IMG/VR virus record: IMGVR_UViG_3300026269_000011
Coordinates: 1-25,676 of that record
Direction: 5' to 3' (one strand)
Source: a virus
Taxonomy: Duplodnaviria; Caudoviricetes
Length of the DNA: 25,676 nucleotides
Part shown: positions 25,374 through 25,676 of the stretch, one piece after another
How positions within the stretch are numbered: the stretch's first letter is position 1
How the letters are laid out: each line of letters opens with the position of its first letter
The notes under the pieces: generated by a model
The model's input: only the letters and a program-made list of their open reading frames with translations
Told to the model about the DNA's origin: nothing
Databases searched by the model: none
Translations under genes and position numbers: made by a program

Positions 25374-25675
25374 GTTTCTGTCTCAAAAAATGCTACTTGG
25401 GTTAATCTTCCTGTCTCCTTGTTATGACCAAAGCTAGAAACTGTAGGGGCGTGAAAATATGTACCTTTAAAAATAAGGCATCTATTGTATCTATTTTCTA
25501 CTATAGTATGTGGCTTCCACTCGTCTAATCCTGCCTCGAAAAAATTCTCTCTAAAGGCGGGGCCTATTATTGCTGAATCATTTTGGTACTGTTTAGTAGT
25601 TTGTGTTCTCGTTTGTTCTACTAAAATTGTTCCAGAATTTGATGGGGGATTAGGAGTGAGATATATAACTGTTGC
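25370..25675 (-). CDS. 2OG-Fe(II) oxygenase-like protein (DUF6445-type), C-terminal part
   Basis: Manual translation ATVIYLTPNPPSNSGT...VENRYNRCLIFKGTYFH...FGHNKETGRLTQVAFF. The 5' part is outside the window. ATGA overlap with DUF3310. Confidence 0.75.
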   Translation of the reverse strand, partial: ATVIYLTPNPPSNSGTILVEQTRTQTTKQYQNDSAIIGPAFRENFFEAGLDEWKPHTIVENRYNRCLIFKGTYFHAPTVSSFGHNKETGRLTQVAFFETET

Positions 25676-25676
25676 C

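Noticed and set aside
1-25676. tRNAs, CRISPR arrays, tandem repeats, IS elements
   Set aside because: None seen. The only dispersed repeat is the promoter motif, and intergenic spaces are too short.

Overview
This window is the replication region of an AT-rich, T5-like (Demerecviridae-related) tailed phage. All credible genes are on the minus strand. The T5 backbone is present in T5 order: D2, D3, SH3/WYL-like protein, PC4-like ssDNA-binding protein, split NAD+-dependent ligase A and B, D5, D6 helicase, primase, family A DNA polymerase, a conserved hypothetical, D10 helicase, another hypothetical and D11. The backbone is interrupted by accessory islands. They encode a carbamoyltransferase-SGNH-small protein module, 2OG-Fe(II) oxygenases, a QueC-like PP-loop enzyme, an AsnB-type amidotransferase, sulfotransferases, an SDR, an ElaA-like GNAT, a cupin, ParB-like proteins, two nucleases, ribosomal protein bL33 and an ArfA-like basic peptide. 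Five perfect TTGACA-N17-TATAAT promoters share an extended motif, and at least two appear to produce leaderless mRNAs. Three small unannotated ORFs and two edge-truncated genes were read by hand. All family calls come from motif recognition without database searches.
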